Assembly (NCBI GenBank): GCA_030704615.1
Contig: CM060734.1
Coordinates: forward strand, 62,558,001 to 62,622,000
DNA from: Takakia lepidozioides
Lineage: Eukaryota > Plantae > Bryophyta
Length of the DNA: 64,000 nt
Direction: 5' to 3'
Below, piece after piece: positions 50,058 to 60,927 of this stretch; within the stretch, counting starts at the first letter, position 1, and every line of letters begins with the position of its first letter. A model generated the notes under the pieces. The model had not been told where the DNA came from. It searched no databases and saw only the letters and a list, made by a program, of their open reading frames with translations. The position numbers and the translations under genes are program-made.

Positions 50058-51371
50058 AGGCATCGGAATTTCCTTCTCAAGTGGAATAAGGGCATTGCAC
50101 TTAGCCAAGCAATCTGTGCACTTCAAATCTGGAACTATTTTGCGACATTACTAGTGTCATGAAAAAATGGTGGTGACAGAAGCTGTCCAACTATGATTGG
50201 TAGTTATTGACTGAGGTTGGTTTTCATTGGCGGATGTCATGGGATCCACATAGCCAGTCATTCCCTGGCCTCAGGCCCCTGCATGTTGCAGAAAGATGTG
50301 CATAGATACACTGGTGATAGGATTCCGGGGAAAGGAGAGGCAGTTTCTGTAAAGAGGTGTTCTTGTTAGCCATGAGTATAGTCACATTGTGACATTACCC
50401 GAGAAATTTCTGCAGCCTGGGCTGACAACTCAATACCCCATTCAGAAAAAATGAGGTTCAAGTTTTCTGGAATATCGTAGATTGCATTGGCTCACAGTTG
50501 TGCTGATTGGCTTGTGCACTTTAGCCTGCTGCTTGACAATCCCCTCGGACAACAACCTATCACCATTCACTCCTTATCGAATCCAATTTTTTCTGTGGGC
50601 TTTGGCCTCACTTCCACACTACACCCATCAATGCTCGTCAGTGGTCCTTCAACCAGAGTGATTTGAATCCATCACTAGGAGAAACTATACATGGTTGGTA
50701 AGCCCAAAAACATGTTTACAGGGTGCACAGCAGGCTCAAGGCTGCTTATAAGGGGAGTTCCAGTTGCTTTCCATATGGGAGAACAGCGTTCCCAAGCAGC
50801 TTTCCTTGATAACATTATCTTGTGCTGTCTCTTTCTACTAATCTACACTCAGAAGTCTGTCACTCAAGTCTGGTTTAGATCTTCCCATCTTCCCAGGATC
50901 AGTCTCTTGGCAGGACATAGAAAGCACCGCATCTCATTCGAATTGTCACTGCACAAAAAATGAGGGGGGCCGGTGTACAGCAGAAGGTTGAGTATGATGT
51001 CTGCTTGCTGGAGAGTAAGTATGGCATCACAATTTGCAGCAAGTGATGCCTCCAGACTGCCATGCGAGAAGCAGCACTGGTGTTGGATACAACTATGTTA
51101 TAAACTAATGTGAGTGTATTGAAATGTGACTAGTACAACACAAGCATTTGCTTGTGTGAAAGCAATGTGAAGATATCAATCAGAATCTGATTTTAGCACC
51201 AAACACAATAGGAATAATGGAAGAACTTGTGCAGAGAATGACAATGCAGAGAATGCTGGGGAGGTGTGGCGGAGCAGCATAAGATCACCAGATGTAAAGC
51301 CCTAAAGTCAGGAGACCCCATGGTGTAACTATGAAGAGCTAAGGGCGAAGCTCAAACTCAAAAGTGAGAGT

Positions 51372-52210
51372 CTAAGATGATCCCTGCGGTTTCTTGAAAT
51401 CAATCTTGTCCACCTTCACCTCTCCATCAACCAGCTCATACACATACACCACCACCCGTAGCCCATCAATGTCCATGAGGATAAAACTAGGGTTCACATC
51501 ATATGTGATGCTGCTGTAGGCGCCTGCGGCGGATCCAGGGTTGATGATCACCCCTCCCTCATGCTTGTAGGCCTTGAACTGGTGCGTGTGCCCAGTTACG
51601 AGGATGTCCACGTCCAGCTGCCGCTGCAGCATCGCCAGCGACTCCAGGTCTCCCCACGGAATCACCTTCATTCACATGCATAAGGGCCTGGTCAGCTGTG
51701 TACCAGTACCCGCAACATAAACACCAACAGCGATGGCTATGGTATAGAACCTGATGGCCGTGGCAGATGCCAATCTTGAAGGCACCAATGCTAAGCTGCT
51801 TGGTCTCCGGATAGCGCGAATCCTCGTCATATTCTCCCCGCGTGATGTGCACATCCGAACACAAGGACTTCAAATAGTCATGAACTTCCTGCCCAACCCG
51901 CCCCACATGCTTTCATCAATATGCACAGCAGAAGGGCCCTAATTCTGCGACCGGAGTCTAGAGAATGTAACCTGAAATGACCTAATTACAGTGCATACAG
52001 AGAGTGTCTTGTCTCTTCCCTCCTCATCGACAATCAGGAAAGAAATCACAGGCGCATGAGAAGATACGTGAAACCCACTTTGATGCACAGATTGCCTGTG
52101 CTGAGAATGTGCTGGATCTTCCCAGGCACCAGCATAGACTTGAATTTGGCGGGCAAATCTGCAGCTCTGTGAGGAATGTGCATATCACCCAGCGCTAGAA
52201 CAAGCACCAT
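51372..52210 (-). CDS. VPS29: Retromer subunit VPS29, 3 exons, 187 aa
   Basis: Exons 52210-52079 ([44 protein letters not shown]), 51888-51751 (EVHDYLK...CHGHQ) and 51665-51372 (VIPWGD...GHTH...NPGS...[10 protein letters not shown]). The spliced frame is open. Confidence 0.95.
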
Positions 52211-52469
52211 TGTTGCAGCACTCCCTCTTCTCCCCCTTCAACTCAACGCCTGCCCACCTGCCATAGCACCGCATCGGACGAACACAAGCTCGCACAGCAC
52301 TCTCAGCCCAGAACACCCCCCCGGGAAATCTCGTGTGCAACTGCAACCAAAATGTCAACTTAGGGCGGACGACCGCCGGCTGTATCCGGTCAGTGCAGGC
52401 TCTTACTTCCATGCTGCTCACAGTTCTGTCGAGGGTTTGGAACTTTGAGCTTCGTTGCAGGACGTTGCT

Positions 52470-53595
52470 ATGGCGGAGAAGAGGGTGAAGCTGGAGAGCT
52501 AGGATGGTGTTGTTTGAGGTGAAGAAGGCAGTGGATTCTGAGTCTCTGGCCGTGAAAGAGGACACTAGCATGGATGATCCCGAACGTTTGCTGCTGTCCA
52601 CTGAGATTTTGGCCAACGTCATTGAGTTTTGCAAGTATCACGTGGAAAATCGGAGGGCCGCCGATGCCAAGCCTGCCACTCCTGAGGATGACATCAAGGC
52701 ATGGGATCAATGCTTCGTTAAAGGTGATCTCTATTTGATCTAATCGTGGTAGGTGCTCTATCTTGGGTCTTTGTGATGCACTTTTTAGGACGTCCCATAC
52801 ATTAGCTGTGAATCGGAGACGCGCGAATGCCCCTTCTCACCTGAAGAAGTGAGGTCATGCTAGTCAGGTGTTTCTATTCGCGGGGAGCAGGAAATAGAAT
52901 ATGTTTGAAGTTTTCTGAATGCCGGAGAAGATGAAGTCTTCGTTACGCAATTTGTTGTCTGCAGTGCTCAATTTTTCTGTGTACCGAAATCTGTAGTTTT
53001 ACTATGCAAATTTGTACTCCTAGTATGCTTTCCGAGTCTGAATGACAACATAGACTTGTACGTCCATGTCAATTGAGGTGAGAAACGTGCAGACATTCTT
53101 CTCTTACAGCCCTTTTGGTCTGTTTGTAGTGAATGAGTAGGAATCTTCCCTCCCAAGAATCAGAGGAGAGAGAGATGACTCCTACCGGCCTAACCAAGGG
53201 CCACTTGACTTTCAGCTACTGCCTCCTTCCGGGGGCGGGCCCTATATCCCCAGTGATAACGGTCATGTTTTTGAAGCGATGGTATTTTGTGTTGACTTGG
53301 AAGGTTTTTTTTCTGCTTATGTATTGTGGGGTGGTCAGGCACGGTTTTCATGGGGAGGGGCAGAGGAGAATGTGTATTACTATGCAGTGTCATTCTGCAG
53401 TAGTGATTTCTAGGCCTAAAAGTGCCATTGTTCATAATGAAGGGAATTATTAGGTGAGTATAGACTCACTTCATGTTGTGTATGAACAGGCGGCAAACTA
53501 TCTCAATATCAAAAGCCTTCTCGACTTGACATGTCAAACTTGGGCTGACACTTACAAAGGCAATCCAGACGAGATTCGGAAGACTTTCAAGATTT
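52470..53595 (+). pseudogene. SKP1-like pseudogene (intron retained)
   Basis: MAEKRVKLES* (TAG 52500-52502), then frameshifted FEVKKAV...ILANVIEFCKYHVE...DDIKAWD...FVK. Second exon from ~53490 reads [35 protein letters not shown]. The C-terminus is missing. Confidence 0.88.
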
Positions 53596-53949
53596 ATTCC
53601 TAAAAGCCAGCCAAACCCGAAACGGGTCACACCACTTTTTTCAAGCTGATGTAGGTTCCACTTTTCAGCATGCAAGACTTCTCTCTTCCACTCTTGGTTT
53701 TTTGATTATGCAAGGGAACAGCTGTTGCTGCAGCAAACTGTGTGAAACTCCGGGATCCCTTTCTTCAGGGTTTGGAACAGTTGAGAGTTCGTGTGGGCCA
53801 ACAAATCAAGTGTCTCCAACTCGATTTTGGGTAATCTTGGCCATCTCATGATCTAGGCCATCTCTGAGCTCACGAGCCACAAAATCACTAGCTCTCATGA
53901 GCTGCTGCACTTCCATCACCAGCTCTCCCCGGAATATGGACAGGGTCCT

Positions 53950-54836
53950 AAGGAAAAACTAATCCGGAATTGAGCACATGACATGTATGAGAGGGCTGCA
54001 CAATCTCCAGCCTGCTCTACGGCTACACTTAATGCTGGCAGCAGAAAATGTGGCATGGTTGAGTGGGGGAGACAGACATGGCAGCTACTTCACAGAGACA
54101 ACGTACTCAAGGCCATGTCTGTTCCCCGTGCTGCCAAGAACCCTTCAATCATGCACCAGGTTGTGAGGAACTGAAATGGCTATCCGTCAAGGCAGTGCAG
54201 CTTGCGATTGGTGAATCTGCAGATTTTTCAGGTGTCTACACTGCGTGTATAGGAGCTATCCAGCTTCCATGCTGTCCTGGATCCTTCCCACCACCCCATC
54301 TTGGTTTCGGGCTAGGAGTGTAATTGACGTCGTCATTGAACTCCATCAGCTCCTTCAGATGATCTGCTGAAATGTTTGATATGTGTATCCCTTTCTATGC
54401 ACGTGAGCACGGGATTGTAGTTCTTTATATATCCCCATGGGATAACCTGGTTTTGCTGAGAACCAACTCCATCAGCTTTGCTCCCAGGTTGAGACAAGCC
54501 TATGGAAATCCTGCCACAATTTCCCAGACGGGAGCTGGTTACTACAGATGTGAGGCAGTGCTGAGGGAGGGGAGGAGGGAGGGAGAGAGGTAGTGCTAGT
54601 CATGTCAAGACTAGAAAGAAGGAGTATGAATCAGATCGTGTCTTTGAAAGATAGACATTATGAGCCTTAAAAGAAACAAATGTATGAACTTGGTTCTCCA
54701 CTTCAAAGCAGTTTAGTCCTCTTTTCTGACACCTCTCCTCCACTTTGTCAGCATGGATCTCCTTGCCCCTTTCCAGTGGCGCTCCTAGACTAGCACACGC
54801 CTTGAGAATGGAAATCCATCCCTTTGCTTTGCCCAT
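53950..54836 (-). pseudogene. Degenerate PLS/E-class PPR fragments
   Basis: ISILKACASLGAPLERGKEIHA (L motif) directly followed by KRGLNCFEVENQVHTFV (E/E+-like). More decayed PPR-like text lies toward 54100. Confidence 0.55.
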
Positions 54837-55124
54837 ATATCACTTATGGGGAGCCTCCCATGCGTGCTTCATGTGCTTGCAAGCAATGCGAGACTGAGAG
54901 AGACGACCATAGCCTAAAGATTCCTGATGGGCAGGGTATAAAAGATAAAAGACAATTTTACGGTTCTGACCGCGTTTGGCTTTCATCCATTTTGTCATTG
55001 TATGGGCGCACAAATCATCCGAAAGAGTGAGGCAGTGGATGGATGACATGGTCTATCGCGATGGCTGCCCCCTTTCTCAGGCGCTGTCTCGCTCGCTTGT
55101 CTCGCAGTCTCGCAGAGGGTGGCC

Positions 55125-55557
55125 ATGGTGTCCGCGATCTTCTGCCCCGCTCTCACCTCTTCCTGTCTGTCGGCTCGTTGCACTTCTGAGCTTCCCACTA
55201 ATGCGAATGGGTCCTTCAGACCTACTGTTCCTAGCAGCAGCGTGGCTCTTCCTCGCTTGCAAGCTGTGCCATTCTCACTCGCTTGTTCCGTAGAAACGCC
55301 AGAAATGGCAGTGGCAGATCCTTCCCTGAAATTTGCGAATTTGATGTGGTTCAGAGGGTCTTACAATGCGCAGGTGTTTGTGGGGGAAGATGAACCAGCC
55401 GACTCTGTGGTGCGCCGCTTTCGCAAGGCCGTGATGCAGGCTGGCGTCATCCCCGAGTGTCGACGCCGCCGCTTCTTTGAAACCCCTCAAGATATCGTCA
55501 AGCGCAAGCAGCAGGCGGCCCGCCGTAGAAAAACCAGGTCTTGTTTATCAATGCTTC

Positions 55558-55623
<66 letters not shown>

Positions 55624-55952
55624 CAGCAAACACTACCACACCCAGACGGACTCGATTTCAGTACAAACTTGCAGTCCCTCTAGGAGTGGTCAGAATATGG
55701 TCTGTAGAGACCTATGGTGGCCTGTTGTTAATTTCAGCAAGATCTAAGAGCTGAGATTCGCTTCGTGCACTGCATGGAGTACAAGTTGTCACTAATCATA
55801 AGTGCATCGTCTGCTCTTATTGGTGCTGCAGACGGTTCACCCCACGAACTGACGGCTTCAATGGAGAGAAGAAGGAGGGCGGTGGCAGCGGAAGTAATGA
55901 TGATGATGACTTTTGGGGATATGCGGAAGAAGGGGCCGATGCCAATTTGTAG
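55125..55952 (+). CDS. RPS21: Plastid ribosomal protein bS21 with transit peptide, 2 exons
   Basis: Exon 1 55125-55537 (...YNAQVFVGEDEPADSVVRRFRKAVMQAGVIPECRRRRFFETPQDIVKRK). Exon 2 55832-55952 (RFTPR...DDDDFWGYAEEGADANL*). Confidence 0.9.
55561..55620. repeat. (TC)30 microsatellite in the RPS21 intron
   Basis: Perfect TC dinucleotide run. Confidence 0.97.
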
Positions 55953-58661
55953 GTCCAACTGTTCCCGAAAGTGTGCTCAAAGGCTGGTAAGGTGGGTAAT
56001 GCTGAGATTGAGAGTAAAGTTTGTACCTGCGTTACAAGTCCTCTAATTGCAAGGCAATCTCAACTGTCATTTTCCCGAGGAGACAATTTGGCTTCACCAG
56101 AATGCAGACAGAGCTGGTTTCTTGTATGTTCTCCAAAGGGATGGAATTGGGATAAACTAGAAGACTCAAAGTGTATACATAGATGACCATGTTTGGGATG
56201 ATGAGGTGTGCTCTATTTCTGCCCTTTGGCAGAGCACATTTTGTGCAGATCTTATTTGACCTCCTTCCATCGTTGCAAGTGATTACCGTTATCTTACGTT
56301 TCTTGTAGGTTCTTTGCATTGATTTGATATGGGATATGGTTGTATTGGTTTCCAAACTTGTATCTGAACATTGATTAGTAGGCAGCTTCAACTTTATGAT
56401 CTCCAGGGTGATGTTGATTCTAGCTCATAAATCATTTAATTCCCTGTAATTGTTGGCATCATGACAACTTCAAGTTCACTTAATCTTTAGGGCTGAAACC
56501 TGTATGGTTGCTCCTCATGCCCTATCTCCTCCTTGCCTTACTGATACTCTTTTTGCATTAGGGTATCCTAAGGACTATGTCCTTCTGCTTTTTGTGGTGT
56601 CTTTTGCATCAGTTGAAAACCTTCCAGACTGTTGTTAGATCTGGAGTAGACTTGATAGCAAGAAACAGATCTCAGTAGAACTTGTGGATAATCATAAACA
56701 ATAGTGCTGTTAATTCATCAGGTATATTTGCATTGGCGAGATGCACACTTCTCAGCTGTGCAAAACTTTTATGTTCAGGTTTATGAAACCGTGAAGGGTT
56801 TAGGGTTCTGTTCATGTGGAGTGCATGAAGGCAAATACTGAATTGAAGGATGGCCTAGTCAACTCCCATCGGATTGTTGCCCAGCGACATGCAGGCCTCT
56901 AGCTGCATCTAAGATTGCAAGATCCTGGGTTATTTTCAAATAACACCACCCCTTCATTTGTGCTTGAAAATGTGTGGTAAATGTACCTATTCCGCAACAA
57001 CAGTGGGCCTTGACACATCAGTTGCAGGCGGAGAACCTTCACGCAAGACTGATGGTGTAAGAGACTGCCGTCCCAGCAGACACTAAAAAACCCAAAATGG
57101 AATCTGGAGGAAAGATGCAAGGTAGTCTGGACCTTTATCACAGTCACAAGACACGTAACCATGGGAGTCCAAGATACAGAAAGAGAAAAGTGAGAGTGGG
57201 GGGTGGACCAACCTAAATAGCTGGCAGTCACCACGCACTGAAGACAAGGAGGGGTGTCCCACAGGAGACGTGGGGATGAGCCCAAAGTGCTGAAGAGCCA
57301 AAAGCTTCCATTGTGGTGTCAAAGAGGATGAAAGAAAGAAAAAAACAAGAGAAACGTCTTGCTCCTCATTATCGTTAAGAAATAGGAAGGGCTTCCTCGT
57401 AACCTAGTGAGCAGCGCAGCACCAGGTCTCCCGAAAAGATTCGTGGGCGAGCATGGGTCTACTTATGGGATGCGAACTGCTTTAGATGCAGTACAACTGG
57501 AGAAACAAGCAGCACACATCTGCTGCAAAATCGAAATTCTGTCATTACCACTAAAGCTGAAATTGAATGCCTATGCCATATGGACTGTTGTTCAAATCAA
57601 GTTTGAGTACTGCAAATCACTGAAAACTTCAATCAGAGAAGTCTGCAGATTATAGTGCTCCTAGTTTATAGGGTGGGCATGAAGTTGGTGGATATAGTGT
57701 AGTTGTTCAGCTGTCCAAAAGTGGACTCAATGCAAATGTTGGCACACTTTTCTTTTACCTTCTTGCTTTGATCCATGTAATGAGGATCATACAAAGCATT
57801 GTTGTGTGACAGACCATTCTCTCCTCTTACTCTCCAGTTGCATAGACCAACGATCTTGGATACATGGGAGTCTGGTTAATTGTCCAACCATTACAACGCA
57901 CATAACGATTCCCAGTGCTAGGATGCTGTACTCTTTCAGCAAATATGTCTATGAATTGAAGGATTTTCATGACTGGTGAAGCAGTGTTGTAACAGCCACT
58001 CATAAGGAGGGATCATCAACAGTTCCATGAATAAATATGCATCTGTGCATTTGTGTTTTCTCCCTCAAGTCAACAATGCATTTATCTACTGTTGAGTACA
58101 CACTGGGAGAGCTCAAAACTTTGGGACAAACAACATGGCCACTGGCATGCCAACTTTTATCTAAGAGTGGTCAAAATAGAGGGATTGACCTCGCTCTTCT
58201 CAAGTAGGGCGAGATCAAGATCTGCAGTCACCATCATCCACAGAGTCTCAGAGGTAGAGGTGCTTGCCTCATTCTTGTCAAGTAGGGCACAAAAAAAGTC
58301 TTCAGTGGCCATTATCCAGCCTCTCATAAAGGTACTTGAGGCATTCTGATCAGACTGATTACTTGGGCCTTACATTACCCATCCAACAAATTGACTGGAG
58401 TGCAGGTAACCATCAGTGGCCATACAGTGGCAAACTGGCCATGCGCATCCTCATCTCCACCTTGTCCAAGTATCTGGAGGATAAGAGTCGTAAAAAGGTC
58501 TAACCTGTCAAAATGTAAGGATTTTCAGAGGGCTTTCCAGAGCAGTTCGCTCACACCCAGACATTCCGGAATCACAGAAATCTCCTTTGTCTAAACTCAA
58601 CAAAATCGTTTCTGACCTTCCTCCCATGCAAGCATTGTGGTTGTGTCTCTTCGCGCATCAA

Positions 58662-60041
58662 TCAAGCCTGCTTCTTGTCCTCAGGGTACTTGCTTCTTCC
58701 CTCTGTGTCTTGATTGCCATTCGACTGAGACACTGCTGCTTCTGCAGCATAACTTCCATCAGGCCCTCTTCCATCGTTCGACCTCCCCTCTGTCCGTCCA
58801 TTATCTTGCGAAGACCTTTGGTCGCGATTCTTCCAGACGGTCCAAATGATCACGACCAGGATCCCCAAGTAGCTTAAGGTAGTGCCTACATTTTGGGTTG
58901 CCCGCTCATACAACGACGGTGGCCGAAGTTTATGTCGCTTGACTCTGTTCTCTTTGAAATCCCGCAGCAGTCTTGAGAGCTCCGATTCGACGGAGTCTCC
59001 AACAAAAGCATCTGGATTCGCGCTCACAGAGTAGAAGTTCCCGTCCCATACAACCACTGTCGGAAGCTTGGGTGGTTTCCCAAGGTTGAATGGGCGCACA
59101 AACTCTGGCCACTCAGAGGCAACTACATGAGTGAAAACGAAAGCCCGATTGGCTGGAGCAGCGGCCTTCATCTTCTTGATGAAGGCCTTACCTTCAGGTG
59201 TTGTGAAACTCTCCAAAACTGCGACCACATTCGGACGTCCATCGTCCTGCAGTAGCTTGAGACTATCAAACGTCAATGGTGTGACTAAAGCCAGAAGATT
59301 TTGTTTGACAAAATCTGCCAAGTCGCTGTCTTCAAAAGGGCCATAAAAAACTTCCTGCGTCTCATACTCTCCCCGCAAAGCCACCAGTGCCGGCCCCTTG
59401 TCGAAGTCAAAGTCCACCATGGCCTTCTCTGAGAACTCTCCCAGCACAGCAAACCATGCCTTGTTTCTGTATCTTCTAGCCAGCTCCTTCAACACAGATG
59501 CTTCCAACCCAAATCCAACAAAAAGCGGTAGTTCAGTCCCAATAGACTTCACGAATTCCCGAAAGGCTGCTTCAGTGGGAAAAACCTCAAACTCCTGGGC
59601 CTTCAACCGTCTCAACTGAGAAACCAGGGCATTGGCGAGTCGCGGGCCCTCGTAATCTATGGGGAATCCATTGATGAAAACCTTCAGCGTCGGGTACCCA
59701 TCGATTTCAAACTTCGAAGCAACGCCCCTGTATTTTTCGGCATCGATCTTGGCTAGCACAATTGGAAGCGATTCATCTGCGAGGATCAGAGCTGCTTTGT
59801 CTAGCTCTGGGGAGAGACGCTTGCAGTGATGACACCAGGGAGCATAGAAATCCACAAATATATGATCGTACTTGGCTATGGCCGCCTCAAAGGTGGCATC
59901 TGTGAGCTCAACAACCTCACCAGAAGCAACGCCCTCTTCCTGCTCCCCACCTACACAAAATCCCACGTCTTGCAGCCCGACTAGAAGCAACAACAGCCCA
60001 GTCCAAGTTAGGAACAGGACTGCCATACCTGAGCTCCGCAT
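58662..60041 (-). CDS. Membrane-anchored protein disulfide isomerase-like protein (PDIL5/PDI8 type), intronless
   Basis: Signal peptide, VDFYAPWCHHCKRLSPE and GYPTLK thioredoxin domain, two inactive thioredoxin-like domains, a C-terminal TM segment (LSYLGILVVIIWTVW) and terminal KKQA. The start is placed at MRSSG (60041). Confidence 0.9.
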   Translation of the reverse strand: MRSSGMAVLFLTWTGLLLLLVGLQDVGFCVGGEQEEGVASGEVVELTDATFEAAIAKYDHIFVDFYAPWCHHCKRLSPELDKAALILADESLPIVLAKIDAEKYRGVASKFEIDGYPTLKVFINGFPIDYEGPRLANALVSQLRRLKAQEFEVFPTEAAFREFVKSIGTELPLFVGFGLEASVLKELARRYRNKAWFAVLGEFSEKAMVDFDFDKGPALVALRGEYETQEVFYGPFEDSDLADFVKQNLLALVTPLTFDSLKLLQDDGRPNVVAVLESFTTPEGKAFIKKMKAAAPANRAFVFTHVVASEWPEFVRPFNLGKPPKLPTVVVWDGNFYSVSANPDAFVGDSVESELSRLLRDFKENRVKRHKLRPPSLYERATQNVGTTLSYLGILVVIIWTVWKNRDQRSSQDNGRTEGRSNDGRGPDGSYAAEAAVSQSNGNQDTEGRSKYPEDKKQA

Positions 60042-60927
60042 CGTCAAGACAGAAGGCAGGGTCGATAGGGAAGAACGAACAAACAAACAAACAAACAAAT
60101 AGGTTGAACCCTCGTGCACTCTCAGCACTGCACTGCACGGCACTGCACTGACCCAAGCTCACCTACTTATATCTTTGCAAATTCTTACGTCTATAGAAAT
60201 GATTCGCGGTATTCTGTTGCTACCTACATCATCCCTCTATATCTCTGCATAAATTTTCATAGATTTCCACAGCATGGATTGCAAGATCATAACTTTTTTG
60301 TGGGCTTCAACTTGGAATTCAATCAATGCAGAGGCCTCACAATTCCTGTGACATGAAATTTCTAGGGGTGCAGTGCAGTAATGTACAAGGGCGGGTTTGT
60401 GTATGTAACTTAGTCCAAAGGTTTCCTGTCCAGTTGGGAACTTTGTCCTAAACTCTATGCATGCAATAGTGCATCCATGGGAAGATTGGGCTGCTCTCTA
60501 ACTTAATGTCAAGGAGCCCTCTGTGGGCCTGGGCACGTCCACCAACAACCCCTTTGAACGGAGGGACATTGCAGGCATAAGAGTGATTGTATCCATGTGG
60601 ATGCGACGAAGAGCAGAGAACGGGAGCGTCGGTGGAGTTGAGAACGGACGAAGGGGACGGGGAGCGTCATAGAGTTATAATAACAGGGGACGAACGAGAA
60701 CGTCGCAGCAACCGGACGAGGTGGAGGAGGAAGAGGACTAGGTCTCCCGCAGCTGCTTTCAAACACTGCGAAGACGAGCAGTGCCGCCTCCCCACCACAG
60801 CTTATCATAACACTCTAAAGGGTTTGGTGGGTTGTAGATTACTGGGAGGGAGAGAAGGTATTTTGGGTTGCAGTTTTCTGGGAGCGAGAGAGAGATTCGA
60901 TTGAAACGGTGCTGAGCGGCTACAGCG

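Noticed and set aside
55538-55754. Ser-Leu repeat C-terminus of the 211-aa ORF
   Set aside because: Read-through into the RPS21 intron's (TC)n microsatellite.
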